From positions 1,426,001 to 1,490,000 of the forward strand of contig MU008169.1 in the NCBI GenBank assembly GCA_010909165.1: a stretch of 64,000 nucleotides of DNA, written 5' to 3'. Below the pieces are notes generated by a model. It worked only from the letters and a program-made list of their open reading frames with translations, made no database searches and had not been told where the DNA came from. Origin of the DNA: Anthoceros angustus (lineage: Eukaryota > Plantae > Anthocerotophyta). Shown here one piece after another: positions 13,796 to 28,014 of this stretch. The first letter of the stretch is position 1; each line of letters begins with the position of its first letter. A program made the position numbers and the translations under genes.

Positions 13796-15485
13796 CAAGG
13801 TCCATCACAGGATCCTCCGGAGGTTCTTGGACGAACCTCCTTGTTGGCCGCCAACATCTTGAACTCCGGACGGGTACCTTGTCAAGCGTCAGACGGCTGG
13901 AACACGTCTAAGTGCCACTCTTGACTAATCCTCCGCTCCTCCTCGGCCCAAAGTCCGGATAGCGCGGGTTACAATGTTGCGCTCTACCGGGTTCCATGGC
14001 TCCCATACCTCCATGACCTTTTGGGTCCCATCGCCTTCTTCTCCTTTCGTGTTTGTAGTGTGCACGAGATCGGCGGCGATCGCCCTCTTGCTGCGTTGTT
14101 TTCCAACCCCAGCGGTGAGCGGCAGATGCTGGCGTTCAAGAGATAGCGCGGGCGGGTTGCGGGCGCAAGAGGCTGCGGTGTCTCGAGGTCGCAGAAATGA
14201 CCCTCCTCGTCGGCCGTGGAAATAACCGGGGCGGAGGTGCCTCTTCCCTGTAGCGCGGTGCGCATGGCTTACTCGACCTTGCGCGCGTACTCGGCCTTCT
14301 GTTGCGGTCAGCGGGCGTGAATACTGCCTGCGGCAGTCGGTCTGGCTGCTGCATGCCCGACCTCCACTCGGGGCCGTCCGTGGCGCGCTCGATCATCCTC
14401 ACGACTCAACTTACTTTCCTGGCGTACTTATCTGTTTTGACCGGGTGGGGTCGGACTTATCCGTTACCCGGTGCGATCCGTAGCTCGTCATAGTGGTACC
14501 GGGGTCCGTTACCTCGGTCGGAGTATACTCGGAGCCCAGTCCGGAGCACCATCCGTGCTTATTCCTCCCTTTCCGCCTTATTTTACTATTCGGACCTACG
14601 AAAAATACAAAACCCTGCTTATTTCCTAATCCCCAAGGGAAGTCCGTAGCCCACATGTACCTCCCCCAAAGAAACCCTTGTCTCCCAATCAAACCCTAGT
14701 TTCATCGAGCCTTCTTCTTTGGGAAAGCAGCCTACAAGGCCTCCAAGAATGAGCTGCGTGGGAGACCAGGTGTCCCATGAGGCCTCCACGACCAGCCCCA
14801 ATTCCACAACCCGGCTCGAGCTGGCCTCCCACTCGCCCTCTCGCTCACAGTGAGATTCTCACCACTAGAGTCATGTGCACTGGTGTTTTCGCTTTTGGCG
14901 GTTTCTAGTGATCGTTTCTCGAGGAGTCCATTTTGAGTTATTTAATTTCCAAAATTTCATTATTTTACATTTCCAATTAATTTCCAAGCACTCTTCGTGG
15001 TAACCTAGTTAGCTCCATTGCTTCGTGCATTCCACCTTCTCAATCCAATTAAAAGATCTCTTTTTATGGTTTTGAAGTCAATTGATATAGATCATAACTC
15101 GAAGTGGTTGGAGGTTTGAGCACTTTGCATACCTACATACCTACATAGTTACATGGTATGTAATAAGAACAACAAACACTTTATGGGTCCGACAAAACTA
15201 CGACGCGGTGACGTCGCGAATACGCTCCTCGAATTCCATACTCAGCTCTTGTCGACCACCGAGCACATTGACATACCACGCCAAGCCTCCTCGTGCGGAG
15301 CGACAAGCAACAATTGTTGTTCTAGTAAATTTTGAGGTCAATTGAGCGTTTTGAGGCTAGCTTTAGTTTGGAGTTTTGGGGCTTATCACAAGTTTCCTCA
15401 AATCCTTAATTGTCAGAAAACGTTTTCACCAATACATATTCAGGCTATCATATTGAAAGTCACACTATGTTCTAGACATATACCC

Positions 15486-16350
15486 TCATGGATCGATCTC
15501 CTCCTTTTTTGTTTTGACAAGAGGTGGCCTACGTCAAGCATGTGGACAAATAGGTTATGATGTCATATTGGAATAGTACAAGTAACATGACTTGCAAAAA
15601 GTAAATATCTTACCGCATAAAAAGCATACTCATCATCGTTGGTATCAGCTCCTCCTTTTTCGACTTTTGACAAGAGGTCCCCTCGTCAAGCATGTGGACA
15701 AATAGGTTCGATGTCATATTGGAATAGTACTTACAAGTAGTAACATGACTTACAAACCAAAACAAACAAAATCTTACCGGATAAGAGCATACTCATCGTT
15801 GGTCAGAGCACTTGCCCCGATGCATATCAAACCATGTAGCCAAAGATACCACATTATGGATATCACGACCATATAGACTTTCGTCAAAACCAAGCCACCC
15901 ACAAATCGCGCTATGGTTCCTTGCCCATGACACTTGCCGGTGTTTGATTGAGCTTGGCAAATATAGTAAAACTCCCACATTTGGTGCTCGTAGCTCTCGT
16001 TATCTCCAACAAACCACTTGTCGTGCTCTAAGCCAATCTTGGAATAATCCACATTATCGCAAGGTCAGGCAAGAATCTTTGTACAATAGACAAAACGCAA
16101 TAGCACACAAAATAAGTCATAAAGAATAATTGCATGCATTTTACGCAAATTACACGACATGTTTCAAAAGCATACGGAAATTTATCATCTCGCGTCCATA
16201 ATCTCTGAACGAATTAAAGGTTAACACTGTCCCAAACTTTTGAAGACGTGGGACATTTTTGACGCCACCAACTAATACAGCGCCTATAGCGCTGCACAAA
16301 CAGAACCCCAAGACCACAATCATCCAACTAGACGCGTGGCATCCCGCCAT
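15486..16350 (-). CDS. Array gene, unit 2
   Basis: Exon 1 is open in the ORF track: MAGCHASSWMIVVLGFCLCSAIGAVLVGGVKNVPRLQKFGTVLTFNSFRDYGREMINF. Stop at 15488-15486. Confidence 0.6.
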
Positions 16351-17957
16351 GGCTATCACTAATACCAAGAGGTCTTTGCTTAAAATTCAAGCAAGAAAGG
16401 TGTAATGCTCATACCACATCTTGCCACATATATATAGCCTCTAACAAGTTTTGGTCTTTGATGTTTTTGTTTCAAAATCAAAGGATGGCAAGGTTTTGTT
16501 TTTGTTTTAAATGAAGCTTTGATTAACAAGGTCTTTTGAAGAAAATGGGATGGGTTTTTTTTTTTTTTTCAAACTTTCCAAGACTTGGCAATTGCATGCT
16601 GATTGCTAGTAATTAATAAAGGGATAGGCGAGGCGGATCTCGAAGAGGCTCCAATTGGGCCTTCTTTCGTCCCAACTACATGTCGCGTGAGTTTGAGGGG
16701 CTATGTGGGGAGAAAAGAGTGTTGAGAAGAGACAATCAAGGGGCAAGAGTTTGAGTTGGTCGCTTGTCCTCTTGGTTGTTGAGGACTTAGATGTTGTGGT
16801 GATGGTAGGATGACTTTCGGCCTTGGACTTCTATTCCTTGGAGGGAGGGCGTCTTCAACTCGCTGCAATGTGTATGGTGGATTGTGTAGAGGTTAGATCG
16901 AACTCAAGGACGAGGGTAGAATTTCAAGGCACTCGGCAAATGTTTGCACCAAATGAAACATCAAGGCAACGTTGGGCTATGTACTACGACTGCACCAGAG
17001 GTGGGTCGAGAAAATGACTAACTTTTGAAAAAAGAAGGTCAATACTTATATTTCTATTTTTGAGAGTTTCAACATTCTCTCGCAAATATTGCTATGATTT
17101 TAACATTTATTAAAATTCATACTTACTTAGAACCAAGCATGTACCTCCCCAAAGAAACCCTTGTCTCCCAATCAAACCCTAGTTTCATCGAGCCTTCTTC
17201 TTTGGGAAAGCATGCCAAGGCCTCCAAGAATGAGCGTGGGAGACCGGTGTCCCGAGGCCCTCCACGACCCGCTCCCCAATTCCACAACCTTGACTCCCGA
17301 CAAGCTGGCCTCCCACTCGCCCTCTCGCTCACGAGATTCTCACCTTTTCTAGAGTCATGTGCACGTGTTTTCTCGCTTTTGGCTTTCTAGTGATCGTTTC
17401 TCGAGAGTCCGGCATTTTGAGTTATTTAATTTCCAAAATTCATTATTTTACATTTCAATTAATTTCCAAGCACTCTTCGTATGCAGAGTTAGCTCCATTG
17501 CTTCGTGCATTCCACCTTCTCAATCCAATTAAAAGATCTCTTTTATGGTTTTGAAGTCCAATTGATATAGATTATAACTCGAAGTGGTTGAGGTTTGAGC
17601 ACTTTGCACCTACATACCTACATAGTTACATGGTATGTAATAAGAACAACAAACACTTTATGGGTCCGACAAAACTACCAACGGCGTGCGCAGAACACAC
17701 TCCTCGAATTCCATACCATGAGCTCTTGTCGACCACCGAGCACATTGACATACCACGCCAAGCCTCCTCGTGCGGGCGACAAGCAACAATTGTTGTTCTA
17801 GTAAATTTTGAGGTCAATTGAGCGTTTTGAGGCTAGCTTTAGTTTGGAGTTTTGGGGCTTATCACAAGTTTCCTCAAATCCTTAATTGCAAATTTTTTCA
17901 CCAATACATAGGCTATCATATTGAATGAAAGTCACACTATGTTCTAGACATATACCC

Positions 17958-18708
17958 TCATGGATCGATCTCCTCCTTTTCGTTTTGACAAGAGGTGGCC
18001 TCGTCAAGCATGTGGACAAATAGGTTATGATGTCATATTGGAATAGTACAAGTAACATGACTTGCAAAAGTAAATATCTTACGCATAAAAAGCATACTCA
18101 TCATATGGTTGATTTCAGCTCCTCCTTTTCGACTTTTGACAAGAGGTCCCCTACGTCAAGCATGTGGACAAATAGGTTACGATGTCATATTGGAATAGTA
18201 CTTACAAGTAGTAACATGACTTACAAACCAAAACAACAAAATCTTCTGGATAAGAGCATACTCATCGTTGGTGAGCGGCACTTGCCCCGATGCATATCGG
18301 ACCATGTAGCCAAAGATACCACATTATGGATATCACGACCATATAGACTTTCGTCAAACCGAAGCCACCCACAAATCGCGCTATGGTTCCTTGCCCATGA
18401 CACTTGCGGTGTTTGATTGAGCTTGGCAAATATAGTAAAACTCCACATTTGTGTGCTCGTAGCTCTCGTTATCTCCAACAAACCACTTGTCGTGCTCTAA
18501 GCCAATCTTGGAATAATCCACATTATCGCAAGGTCTGGGCAAGAATCTTGTACAATAGACAAAAGCAATAGCACACAAAATAAGTCATAAAGAGTAATTA
18601 TGGCATTTCGCAAATTACACGACATGTTTCAAAAGCTACGAAATTTATCATCTCGCGTCCATAATCTCCGAGCGAATTAAAGGTTAACATTGTCCCAAAC
18701 TTTTGAAG
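17958..18708 (-). pseudogene. Array gene, unit 3: 5'-truncated copy lacking promoter, ATG and signal peptide
   Basis: A ~1.3-kb deletion is joined at the 8-bp microhomology TTTTGAAG (18701-18708). Confidence 0.65.
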
Positions 18709-19115
18709 TCCAATTGATATAGATCATAACTCGAAGTGGTTCGAGGTTTGAGCCTTTGCATACCTACATACCTACATAGTTACATGGTATATAATAAGAA
18801 CAACAAACACTTTATGGGTCCGACAAAACTACCAACGGCGTGCGCAGAACACACTCCTCGAATTCCATACTCAGCTCTTGTCGACCACCGAGCACATTGA
18901 CATACCACGCCAAGCCTCCTCGTATGGAGCGACAAGCAACAATTGTTGTTCTAGTAAATTTTGAGGTCAATTGAAGCTTTTGAGGCTAGCTTTAGTTTGG
19001 AGTTTTGGGGCTTATCACAAGTTTCCTCAAATCCTTAATTGTGCAAACGTTTTCACCAATACATATTCAGCTATCATATTGAATGAAAGTCACACTATGT
19101 TCTAGACATATACCC

Positions 19116-19950
19116 TCATGGATCGATCTCCTCCTTTTCGCTTTTGACAAGAGGTGGCCTCGTCAAGCATGTGGACAAATAGGTTATGATGTCATATTGG
19201 AATAGTACAAGTAACATGACTTGCAAAAGTAAATATCTTACATAAAAAGCATACTCATCATCGTTGGTCGACTCCTCCTTTTCGACTTTTGACAAGAGGT
19301 CCCCTCGTCAAGCATGTGGACAAATAGGTTACGATGTCATATTGGAATAGTACAAGTAGTAACATGACTTACAAACCAAAACAACAAAATCTTACGGATA
19401 AGAGCATACTCATCGTTGGTGGTGGCGGCACTTGCCCCGATGCATATCGGACCATGTAGCCAAAGATACCACATTATGGATATCACGACCATATAGACTT
19501 TCGTCAAACCGAAGCCACCCACAAATCGCATGGTTCCTTGCCCATGACACTTGCGGTGTTTGATTGAGCTTGGCAAATATAGTAAAACTCCCACATTTCG
19601 GTGCTCGTAGCTCGTTATCTCCAACAAACCACTTGTCGTGCTCTAAGCCAATCTTGGAATAATCCACATTATCGCAAGGTCTGGGCAAGAATCTTGTACA
19701 ATAGACAAAAGCAATAGCACACAAAATAAGTCATAAAGAGTAATTTGCATTTACGCAAATTACGACATGTTTCAAAAGCTTACGGAAATTTATCATCTCG
19801 CGTCCATAATCTCCGAGCAATTAAAGGTTAACATTGTCCCAAACTTTTGAAGACGTGGGACATTTTATGCCACCAACTAATCTGCTATAGAAGCGCCGCA
19901 TAAGAACCCCAAGACCACAATCATCCAACTAGACGCTGGCATCCCGCCAT
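19116..19950 (-). CDS. Array gene, unit 4
   Basis: ATG, four exons and stop are collinear with the other copies; indels at CG sites. Confidence 0.55.
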
Positions 19951-21563
19951 GGCTATCACTAATACCAAGAGGTCTTTGCTTAAAATTCAAGCAAGAAAGG
20001 TGTAATGCTCATACCACATCTTGCCACATATATATAGCCTCTAACAAGTTTTGGTCTTGATGTTTTGTTTCAAAATTAAAGGATGGCAAGGTTTTGTTTT
20101 GTTTTAAATGAAGCTTTGATTAACAAGGTCTTTTGAAGAAAATGGGATGGGTTTTTTTTTTCAAACTTTCCAAGACTTGGCAATTGCATCTTGATTGCTA
20201 GTAATTAATAGGGATAGGCGGATCTCCGGAAGAGGCTCCAATTGGGCCTTTGCTGTAACTCGTCCCAACTACATGTCGCATGGTGAGTGTGAGGGAGGGG
20301 AGAAAAGTAGTGTTGAGAAGAGACAATCAAGGGGCAAGAGTTTGAGTTGAGCCGACTAAGTCCTCTTGGTTGTTGAGGACTTAGATGTTGTGGTGATGGT
20401 AGGATGACTTTCACCTTGGACTTCTATTCCCTTGGAGGGAGGCGTCTTCAACTCGCCGTTGTGGTATGTATGGTGGATTGTGTGTAGAGGTTAGATCGAA
20501 CTCAAGGACGAGGGTAGAATTTCAAGGCACTCGGCAAATGTTTGCACCAAATGAAACATCAAAGGCACGTTGGGCTATGTACTACGTCTGCACCAGAGGT
20601 GGTTCGAGAATAACTAACTTTTGAAAAGCGAAGGTCAATACTTATATTTCTATTTTTGAGAGTTTCAACATTCTCGCAAATATTGCTATGATTTTAACAT
20701 TTATTAAAATTCATACTTACTTAGAACCAAGCACATGTACCTCCCCAAAGAAACCCTTGTCTCCCAATCAAACCCTAGTTCCATCGAGCCTTCTTCTTTG
20801 GGAAAGCACTGCAAGCCTCCAAGAATGAGTCGTGGGAGACGGTGTCATGAGGCCTCCACGACCAGCTCCCCAATTCCACAACCGCTCCGACAAGCTGGCC
20901 TCCCACTCGCCCTCTCGCTCACAGTGAGATTCTCACCTTTTCTAGAGTCCTGCATGCACTGGTGTTTTCGCTTTTGGCGGTTTCTAGTGATCGTTTCTCG
21001 AGTCAGGCATTTTGAGTTATTTAATTTCAAAATTCATTATTTTACATTTCCAATTAATTTCCGCAAGCACTCTTATGTATTTAGTTAGCTCCATTGCTTC
21101 GTGCATTCCACCTTCTCAATCCAATTAAAGATCTCTTTTATGGTTTTGAGGTCAATTGATATAGATCATAACTCGAAGTGGTTCGGAGGTTTGAGCCTTT
21201 GCATACCTACATACCTACATAGTTACATGGTATGTAATAAGAACAACAAACACTTTATGGGTCCGACAAAACTACCAACGACGTGCGGGCGAACACGACT
21301 CCTCGAATTCCATACCATGACTCTTCGTCCACCAAGGCACATTGACATACCACGCCAAGCCTCCTCGTGCGGGCGACAAGCAACAATTGTTGTTCTAGTA
21401 AATTTTGAGGTCAATTGAACGCTTTTTGAGGCTAGCTTTAGTTTGGAGTTTTGGGGCTTATCACAAGTTTCCTCAAATCCTTAATTATGCAAAACGCTTT
21501 CACCAATACATATTCGGGCTATCATATTGAATGAAAGTCACACTATGTTCTAGACATATACCC

Positions 21564-22395
21564 TCATGGATCGATCTCCTCCTTTTTCGTTTTGACAAGA
21601 GGTGGCCTCGTCAAGCATGTGGACAAATAGGTTATGATGTCATATTGGAATAGTACAAGTAACATGACTTGCAAAAGTAAATATCTTACCGCATAAAAAG
21701 CATACTCATCATCGTTGGTGGTACCAGCTCCTCCTTTTCAGCTTTTGACAAGAGGTCCCCACGCCAAGCATGTGGACAAATAGGTTCACGATGTCATATT
21801 GGAATAGTACTTACAAGTAGTAACATGACTTACAAACAAACAACAAAATCTTACGGATAAGAGCATACTCATCGTGCAGCACTTGCCCCCGATGCATATG
21901 CATCATGTAGCCAAAGATACCACATTATGGATATCACGACCATATAGACTTTCGTCAAAACCAATCCACCCACAAATCGCGCTATGGTTCCTTGCCCATG
22001 ACACTTGCAGTTGTTTGATTGAGCTTGGCAAATATAGTAAAACTCCCACATTTCAGTGCTCGTAGCTCTCGTTATCTCCAACAAACCACTTGTCGTGCTC
22101 TAAGCCAATCTTGGAATAATCCACATTATCGCAAGGTCGGGCAAGAATCTTTGATACACAAAGCAATAGCACACAATAAGTCATAAAGAGTAATTGCGGG
22201 CATTTTACATAAATTACACGACATGTTTCAAAAGCTACGGAAATTTATCATCTACGTCCATAATCTCCGCGAATTAAAGGTTAACATTGTCCCAAACTTT
22301 TGAAGACGTGGACATTTTTGTCGCCACTAACTAATACGCCTATAGCTAAGAACCCCAAGACCACAATCATCCAACTAGACGTTGCATCCCGCCAT
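21564..22395 (-). CDS. Array gene, unit 5
   Basis: Collinear copy; the unit carries the ~320-bp upstream deletion. Confidence 0.55.
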
Positions 22396-23699
22396 GGCTA
22401 TCACTAATACCAAGAGGTCTTTGCTTAAAATTCAAGCAAGAAAGGTGTAATGCTCATACCACATCTTGCCACATATATATAGCCTCTAACAAGTTTTGGT
22501 CTTGATGTTTTGTTTCAAAATTCGAAAGGATGGCAAGGTTTTGTTTTTTGTTTTAAATGCTGAACCACACAAGCTTTGATTAACAAGGTCTTTTTGAAGA
22601 AAATGGGATGGGTTTTTTTTTTTTTTAAACTTTCCAAGACTTGGCAATTGTACATGACATTGCTAGTAATTAATAGGGATAGGCGGGGCGATCTCAGGAA
22701 GAGGCTCAATTGGGCCTTTCCAGTAACTCGTCCCAACTACATGTCGCGGTGAGTGTGAGGGCTGGGGGGTGAAAACAGAAGGTCAATACTTATATTTCTA
22801 TTTTGAGTTTCAACATTCTCTGCAAATATTGCTATCGATTTTAACATTTATTAAAATTCATACTTACTTAGAACCAAGCACATGTACCTCCCCAAAGAAA
22901 CCCTTGTCTTCCAATCAAACCCTAGTTTCATCGAGCCTTCTTCTTTGGGAAGGCGACTGCAAGGCCTCCAAGAATGAGCCGTGGGAGACGGTGTCATGAG
23001 GCCTCCATCGGCCTCAATTCCACAACCGCCTCCCGACAAGCCCTCGGCCTCCCACTCGCCCTCTGACAGTGAGATTCTCACCTTTTCTAGAGTCCGCATG
23101 TGCACTTTTGGTGTTTTCGCTTTTGGCGCTTCTAGTGAGCTTTCAGAGTCCCATTTGAGTTATTTAATTTCAAAATTCATTATTATACATTTCCAATTAA
23201 TTTCCGGCAAAGCACTCACTCGGTAGGTAGTTAGCTCCATTGCTTCGCATTCCCACCTTCTCAATCCAATTAAAAGATCTCTTTTATGGTTTTGAAGTCA
23301 ATTGATATAGATCATAACTCTGGAAGTGGTTCGGAGGTTTGAGCACGCATACCTACATACCTACATAGTTACATGGTATATAATAAGAACAACAAACACT
23401 TTATGGGTCCGACAAAACTACCAATGCTGTCGAACCACCTCCCTCGAATTCCATACTCTGTCGACCACCGAGCACATTGACATACCACGCCAAGCCTCCT
23501 CGTGGAGCGAAAAGCAACAATTGTTGTTCTAGTAAATTTTGAGGTCAATTGAACGGCGTTTTGAGGCTAGCTTTAGTTTGGAGTTTTGGGGCTTATCACA
23601 AGTTTCCTCAAATCCTTAATTATGAAAACGCGTTTTCACCAATACATATTCAGGCTATCATATTGAATGAAAGTCACACTATGTTCTAGACATATACCC

Positions 23700-24548
23700 T
23701 CATGGATCGATCTCCTCCTTTTCGTTTTGACAAGAGGTGGCCTACGTCAAGCATGTGGACAAATAGGTTATGATGTCATATTGGAATAGTACAAGTAACA
23801 TGACTTGCAAAAGTAAATATCTTACGCATAAAAGCATACTCATCATCGTTGGTGGTACTCAGCTCCTCCTTTTCAGCTTTTGACAAGAGGTCCCCACGTC
23901 AAGCATGTGGACAAATAGGTTCTATGTCATATTGGAATAGTACTTACAAGTAGTAACATGACTTACAAACCAAAACAACAAAATCTTACAGGATAAGAGC
24001 ATACTCATCGTTGGTCGGTAGCGGCACTTGCCCCGATGCATATCGAGACCATGTAGCCAAAGATACCACATTATGGATATCACGACCATATAGACTTTCT
24101 CAGCCAAAACCGAATCCACCCACAAATCGCTATGGTTCCTTGCCCATGACACTTGCGGTGTTTGATTGAGCTTAGCAAATATAGTAAAAACTCCCACATT
24201 TCGGTGCTCGTAGCTCGTTATCTCAACAAACCACTTGTCGTTTCTAAGCCAATCTTGGAATAATCCACATTATCGCAAGGTCTGGGCAAGAATCTGTACA
24301 ATAGACAAAAGCATAGCACACAAAATAAGTCATAAAGAGTAATTGCATTTTACGCAAATTACGACATGTTTCAAAAGCTTACGGAAATTTATCATCTCGC
24401 GTCCATAATCTCGAGCTAATTAAAGGTTAACATTGTCCCAAACTTTTGAAGGCGTGGGACATTTTTATGCCACCAACTAATACTTATAGCGCCGCACAAA
24501 GCGAACCCCAAGACCACAATCATCCAACTAGACGTTGCATCCCGCCAT
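23700..24548 (-). CDS. Array gene, unit 6
   Basis: Collinear copy; upstream deletion variant. Confidence 0.55.
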
Positions 24549-25841
24549 GGCTATCACTAATACCAAGAGGTCTTTGCTTAAAATTCAAGCAAGAAAGGTG
24601 TAATGCTCATACCACATCTTGCCACATATATATAGCCTCTAACAAGTTTTGGTCTTGATGTTTTGTTTCAAAATTGAAAGGATGGCAAGGTTTTGTTTTG
24701 TTTTAAATGAAGCTTTTGATTAACAAGGTCTTTTTGAAGAAAATGGGATGGGTTTTTTTTTTTTTGTTTTTCAAACTTTCCAAGACTTGGCATTGCACAT
24801 GCTGATTGCTAGTAATTAATAAGGGATAGGCGGGGCGGATCTCGGGGAAGAGGCTCAATTGGGCCTTTGCCTTCTTTCTCCCAACTACATGTCGGTGAGT
24901 GTGAGGGGTCATGTGGGTGAAAGTGGTCAATACTTATATTTCTATTTTTGAGAGTTTCAACATTCTGCAAATATTGCTATCGATTTTAACATTATTAAAA
25001 TTCATACTTACTTAGAACCAAGCACATGTACCTCCCCAAAGAAACCCTTGTCTCCCAATCAAACCCTAGTTTCCTTCAGCCTTCTTCTTTGGGAAAGCAG
25101 GGCCTCCAAGAATGAGCGTGGGAGACCGGTGTCCATGAGGCCCTCCACGACCCGCTCCCAATTCCACAACCAGCTCGACAAGCTGGCCTCCCACTCGCCC
25201 TCTCGCTCACGAGATTCTCACCTTTTCTAGAGTCCGCATGTGCACCGGTGTAAAGCTTTTAAGCGGTTTCTAGTGATCGTTTCTAGAGTCAGGCATTTTG
25301 AGTTATTTAATTTCCAAAATTCATTATTATACATTTCCAATTAATTTCCGCGCAAGCACTCTAATGCTACTGGTAGTTAGCTCCATTGCTTGTGCATTCC
25401 ACCTTCTCAATCCAATTAAAAGATCTCTTTTATGGTTTTGAAGTCCAATTGATATAGATCATAACTGGAAGTGGTTCGGAGGTTTGAGCACACATACCTA
25501 CATACCTACATAGTTACATGGTATATAATAAGAACAACAAACACTTTATGGGTCCGACAAAACTAACTGACATAGAACACGCCTCTCGAGATTCCATACT
25601 CGCGGCTCTTGTCGACCACCGAGCACATTGACATACCACTGCCTCGCAATGCGGAGCGACAAGCAACAATTGTTGTTCTAGTAAATTTTGAGGTCAATTG
25701 AATGTTTTTGAGGCTAGCTTTAGTTTGGAGTTTTGGGGCTTATCACAAGTTTCCTCAAATCCTTAATTGTCAGCTTTCACCAATACATATTCGAGGCTAT
25801 CATATTGAATGAAAGTCACACTATGTTCTAGACATATACCC

Positions 25842-26687
25842 TCATGGATCGATCTCCTCCTTTTTCGTTTTGACAAGAGGTGGCCTCGTCACATGTGGAC
25901 AAATAGGTTATGATGTCATATTGGAATAGTACAAGTAACATGACTTGCAAAAGTAAATATCTTACCGCATAAAAAGCATACTCATCATCTTTGCATTCTC
26001 CTCCTTTTCAGCTTTTGACAAGAGGTCCCCTCACGCCAAGCATGTGGACAAATAGGTTCTGATGTCATATTGGAATAGTACTTACAAGTAGTAACATGAC
26101 TTACAAACCAAAACAAACAAAATCTTACGGATAAGAGCATACTCATCGTTGGTGGTAGCGGCACTTGCCCCGATGCATATCGAGACCATGTAGCCAAAGA
26201 TACCACATTATGGATATCACGACCATATAGACTTTCAAAACCGGACCCACAAATCGCGCTATGGTTCCTTGCCCATGACACTTGCCGGTGTTTGATTGAG
26301 CTTAGCAAATATAGTAAAAACTCCCACATTTGGTGCTCGTAGCTCTCGTTATCTCCAACAAACCACTTGTCGTGCTCTAAGCCAATCTTGGAATAATCCA
26401 CATTATCGCAAGGTCCGGGCAAGAATCTTGTACAATAGACAAAAGCAATAGCACACAAAATAAGTCATAAAGAGTAATTGCGGGCATTTTACATGGAATT
26501 ACGACATGTTTCAAAAGCTTACAAATTTATCATCTCGCGTCCATAATCTCGAGCGAATTAAAGGTTAACATTGTCCCAAACTTTTGAAGGCGTGGGACAT
26601 TTTTGTCCACACTAATCAATAGCCTATAAGCGCTAAACAGAACCCCAAGACCACAATCATCCAACTAGGCAGCGTTGCATCCGCCAT
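25842..26687 (-). CDS. Array gene, unit 7
   Basis: Collinear copy; exon 2 is largely open in ORF 25985..26458; upstream deletion variant. Confidence 0.55.
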
Positions 26688-27925
26688 AGCTATCACTAAT
26701 ACCAAGAGGTCTTTGCTTAAAATTCAAGCAAGAAAGGTGTAATGCTCATACCACATCTTGCCACATATATATAGCCTCTAACAAGTTTTGGTCTTGATGT
26801 TTTGTTTCAAAATTGAAAGGATGGCAAGGTTTTGTTTTGTTTTAAATGAAGCTTTTGATTAACAAGGTCTTTTGAAGAAAATGGGATGGGTTTTTTTTTT
26901 TGTTTTTCAAACTTTCCAAGACTTGGCAATTGCACATGCTGATTGCTAGTAATTAATAGGGATAGGCGGGGCAGATCTCCGAAGAGGCTCCAATTGGGCC
27001 TTTGCCGTAACTCGTCCCAACTACATGTCGCGGTGAGTGTGAGGGCTGGGCAGTAAAAGCAGTAGGTCAATACTTATATTTCTATTTTGAGAGTTTCAAC
27101 ATTCTCTGCAAATATTGCTATCGATTTTAACATTTATTAAAATTCATACTTACTTAGAACCAAGCACATGTACCTCCCCAAAGAAACCCTTGTCTCCCAA
27201 TCAAACCCTAGTTCCATCGAGCCTTCTTCTTTGGGAAAGCAGCCTGCAAGGCCTCCAAGAATGAGTCGTGGGAGACCCGGTGTCCATGAGGCCCTCCACG
27301 ACCGCTCCCCAATTCCACAACCAGCTCCGACAAGCCCGGCCTCCCACTCGCCCTCTCGCTCATGAGATTCTCACCTTTTCTAGAGTCTGCATGTGCACCT
27401 GGTGTTTTGGCGCTTTCTAGTGATCGTTTCTCGAGTCCCAGATTTTGAGTTATTTAATTTCCAAAATTCATTATTTTACATTTCAATTAATTTCCGCAAG
27501 CACTCTTCGTGGCACGGTGAGTTAGCTCCATTGCTTCGTGCATTCCCACCTTCTCAATCCAATTAAAAGATCTCTTTTTATGGTTTTGAGGTCCAATTGA
27601 TATAGATCATAACTACGGAAGTGGTTGGAGGTTTGAGCCTTTGCATACCTACATACCTACATAGTTACATGGTATATAATAAGAACAACAAACACTTTAT
27701 GGGTCCGACAAAACTACTAACGTGCGTCACAGGAACACAGCTCCCTCGAATTCCATACTGCTCTTTGGCGACCACCGAGCACATTGACATACCACGCCAA
27801 GCCTCCTCGTATGGAGCGACAAGCAACAATTGTTGTTCTAGTAAATTTTGAGGTCAATTGAGCGTTTTTAGGCTAGCTTTAGTTTGGAGTTTTGGGGCTT
27901 ATCACAAGTTTCCTCAAATCCTTAA

Positions 27926-28014
27926 TTGTCACGCCACCAACTAATCTGACTTATGCGCCGCATAAGCAGAACCCCAAGACCACAATCATCCAACTAGGCG
28001 TTGCATCCCGCCAT
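27926..28014 (-). pseudogene. Array gene, unit 8: only the promoter and the signal-peptide part of exon 1 remain
   Basis: A deletion joined at the TTGTC microhomology (27926-27930) removes the rest of exon 1 and exons 2-4. Confidence 0.6.

Larger units (their letters stand above)
8209..14655. mobile_element. 6.4-kb TG...CA insertion with a 5-bp TSD (solo-LTR-like or non-autonomous element) and decayed minus-strand coding-like sequence
   Basis: It interrupts array unit 1 at GCACA-TGTAC-CTCCCC, with flanks TGTAT (8204-8208) and TGTAC (14656-14660). The termini TGTGGCGCGACTT and AAGTCCGTAGCCCACA form an imperfect inverted repeat. No paired LTRs or pol motifs recognised. Confidence 0.8.

Noticed and set aside
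15812-16129. Plus-strand ORF overlapping exon 2 of the array gene (PRCISNHVAKDTTLWISRPY...)
   Set aside because: It has no start context, splice sites or promoter, and is best explained as the antisense shadow of the minus-strand exon.
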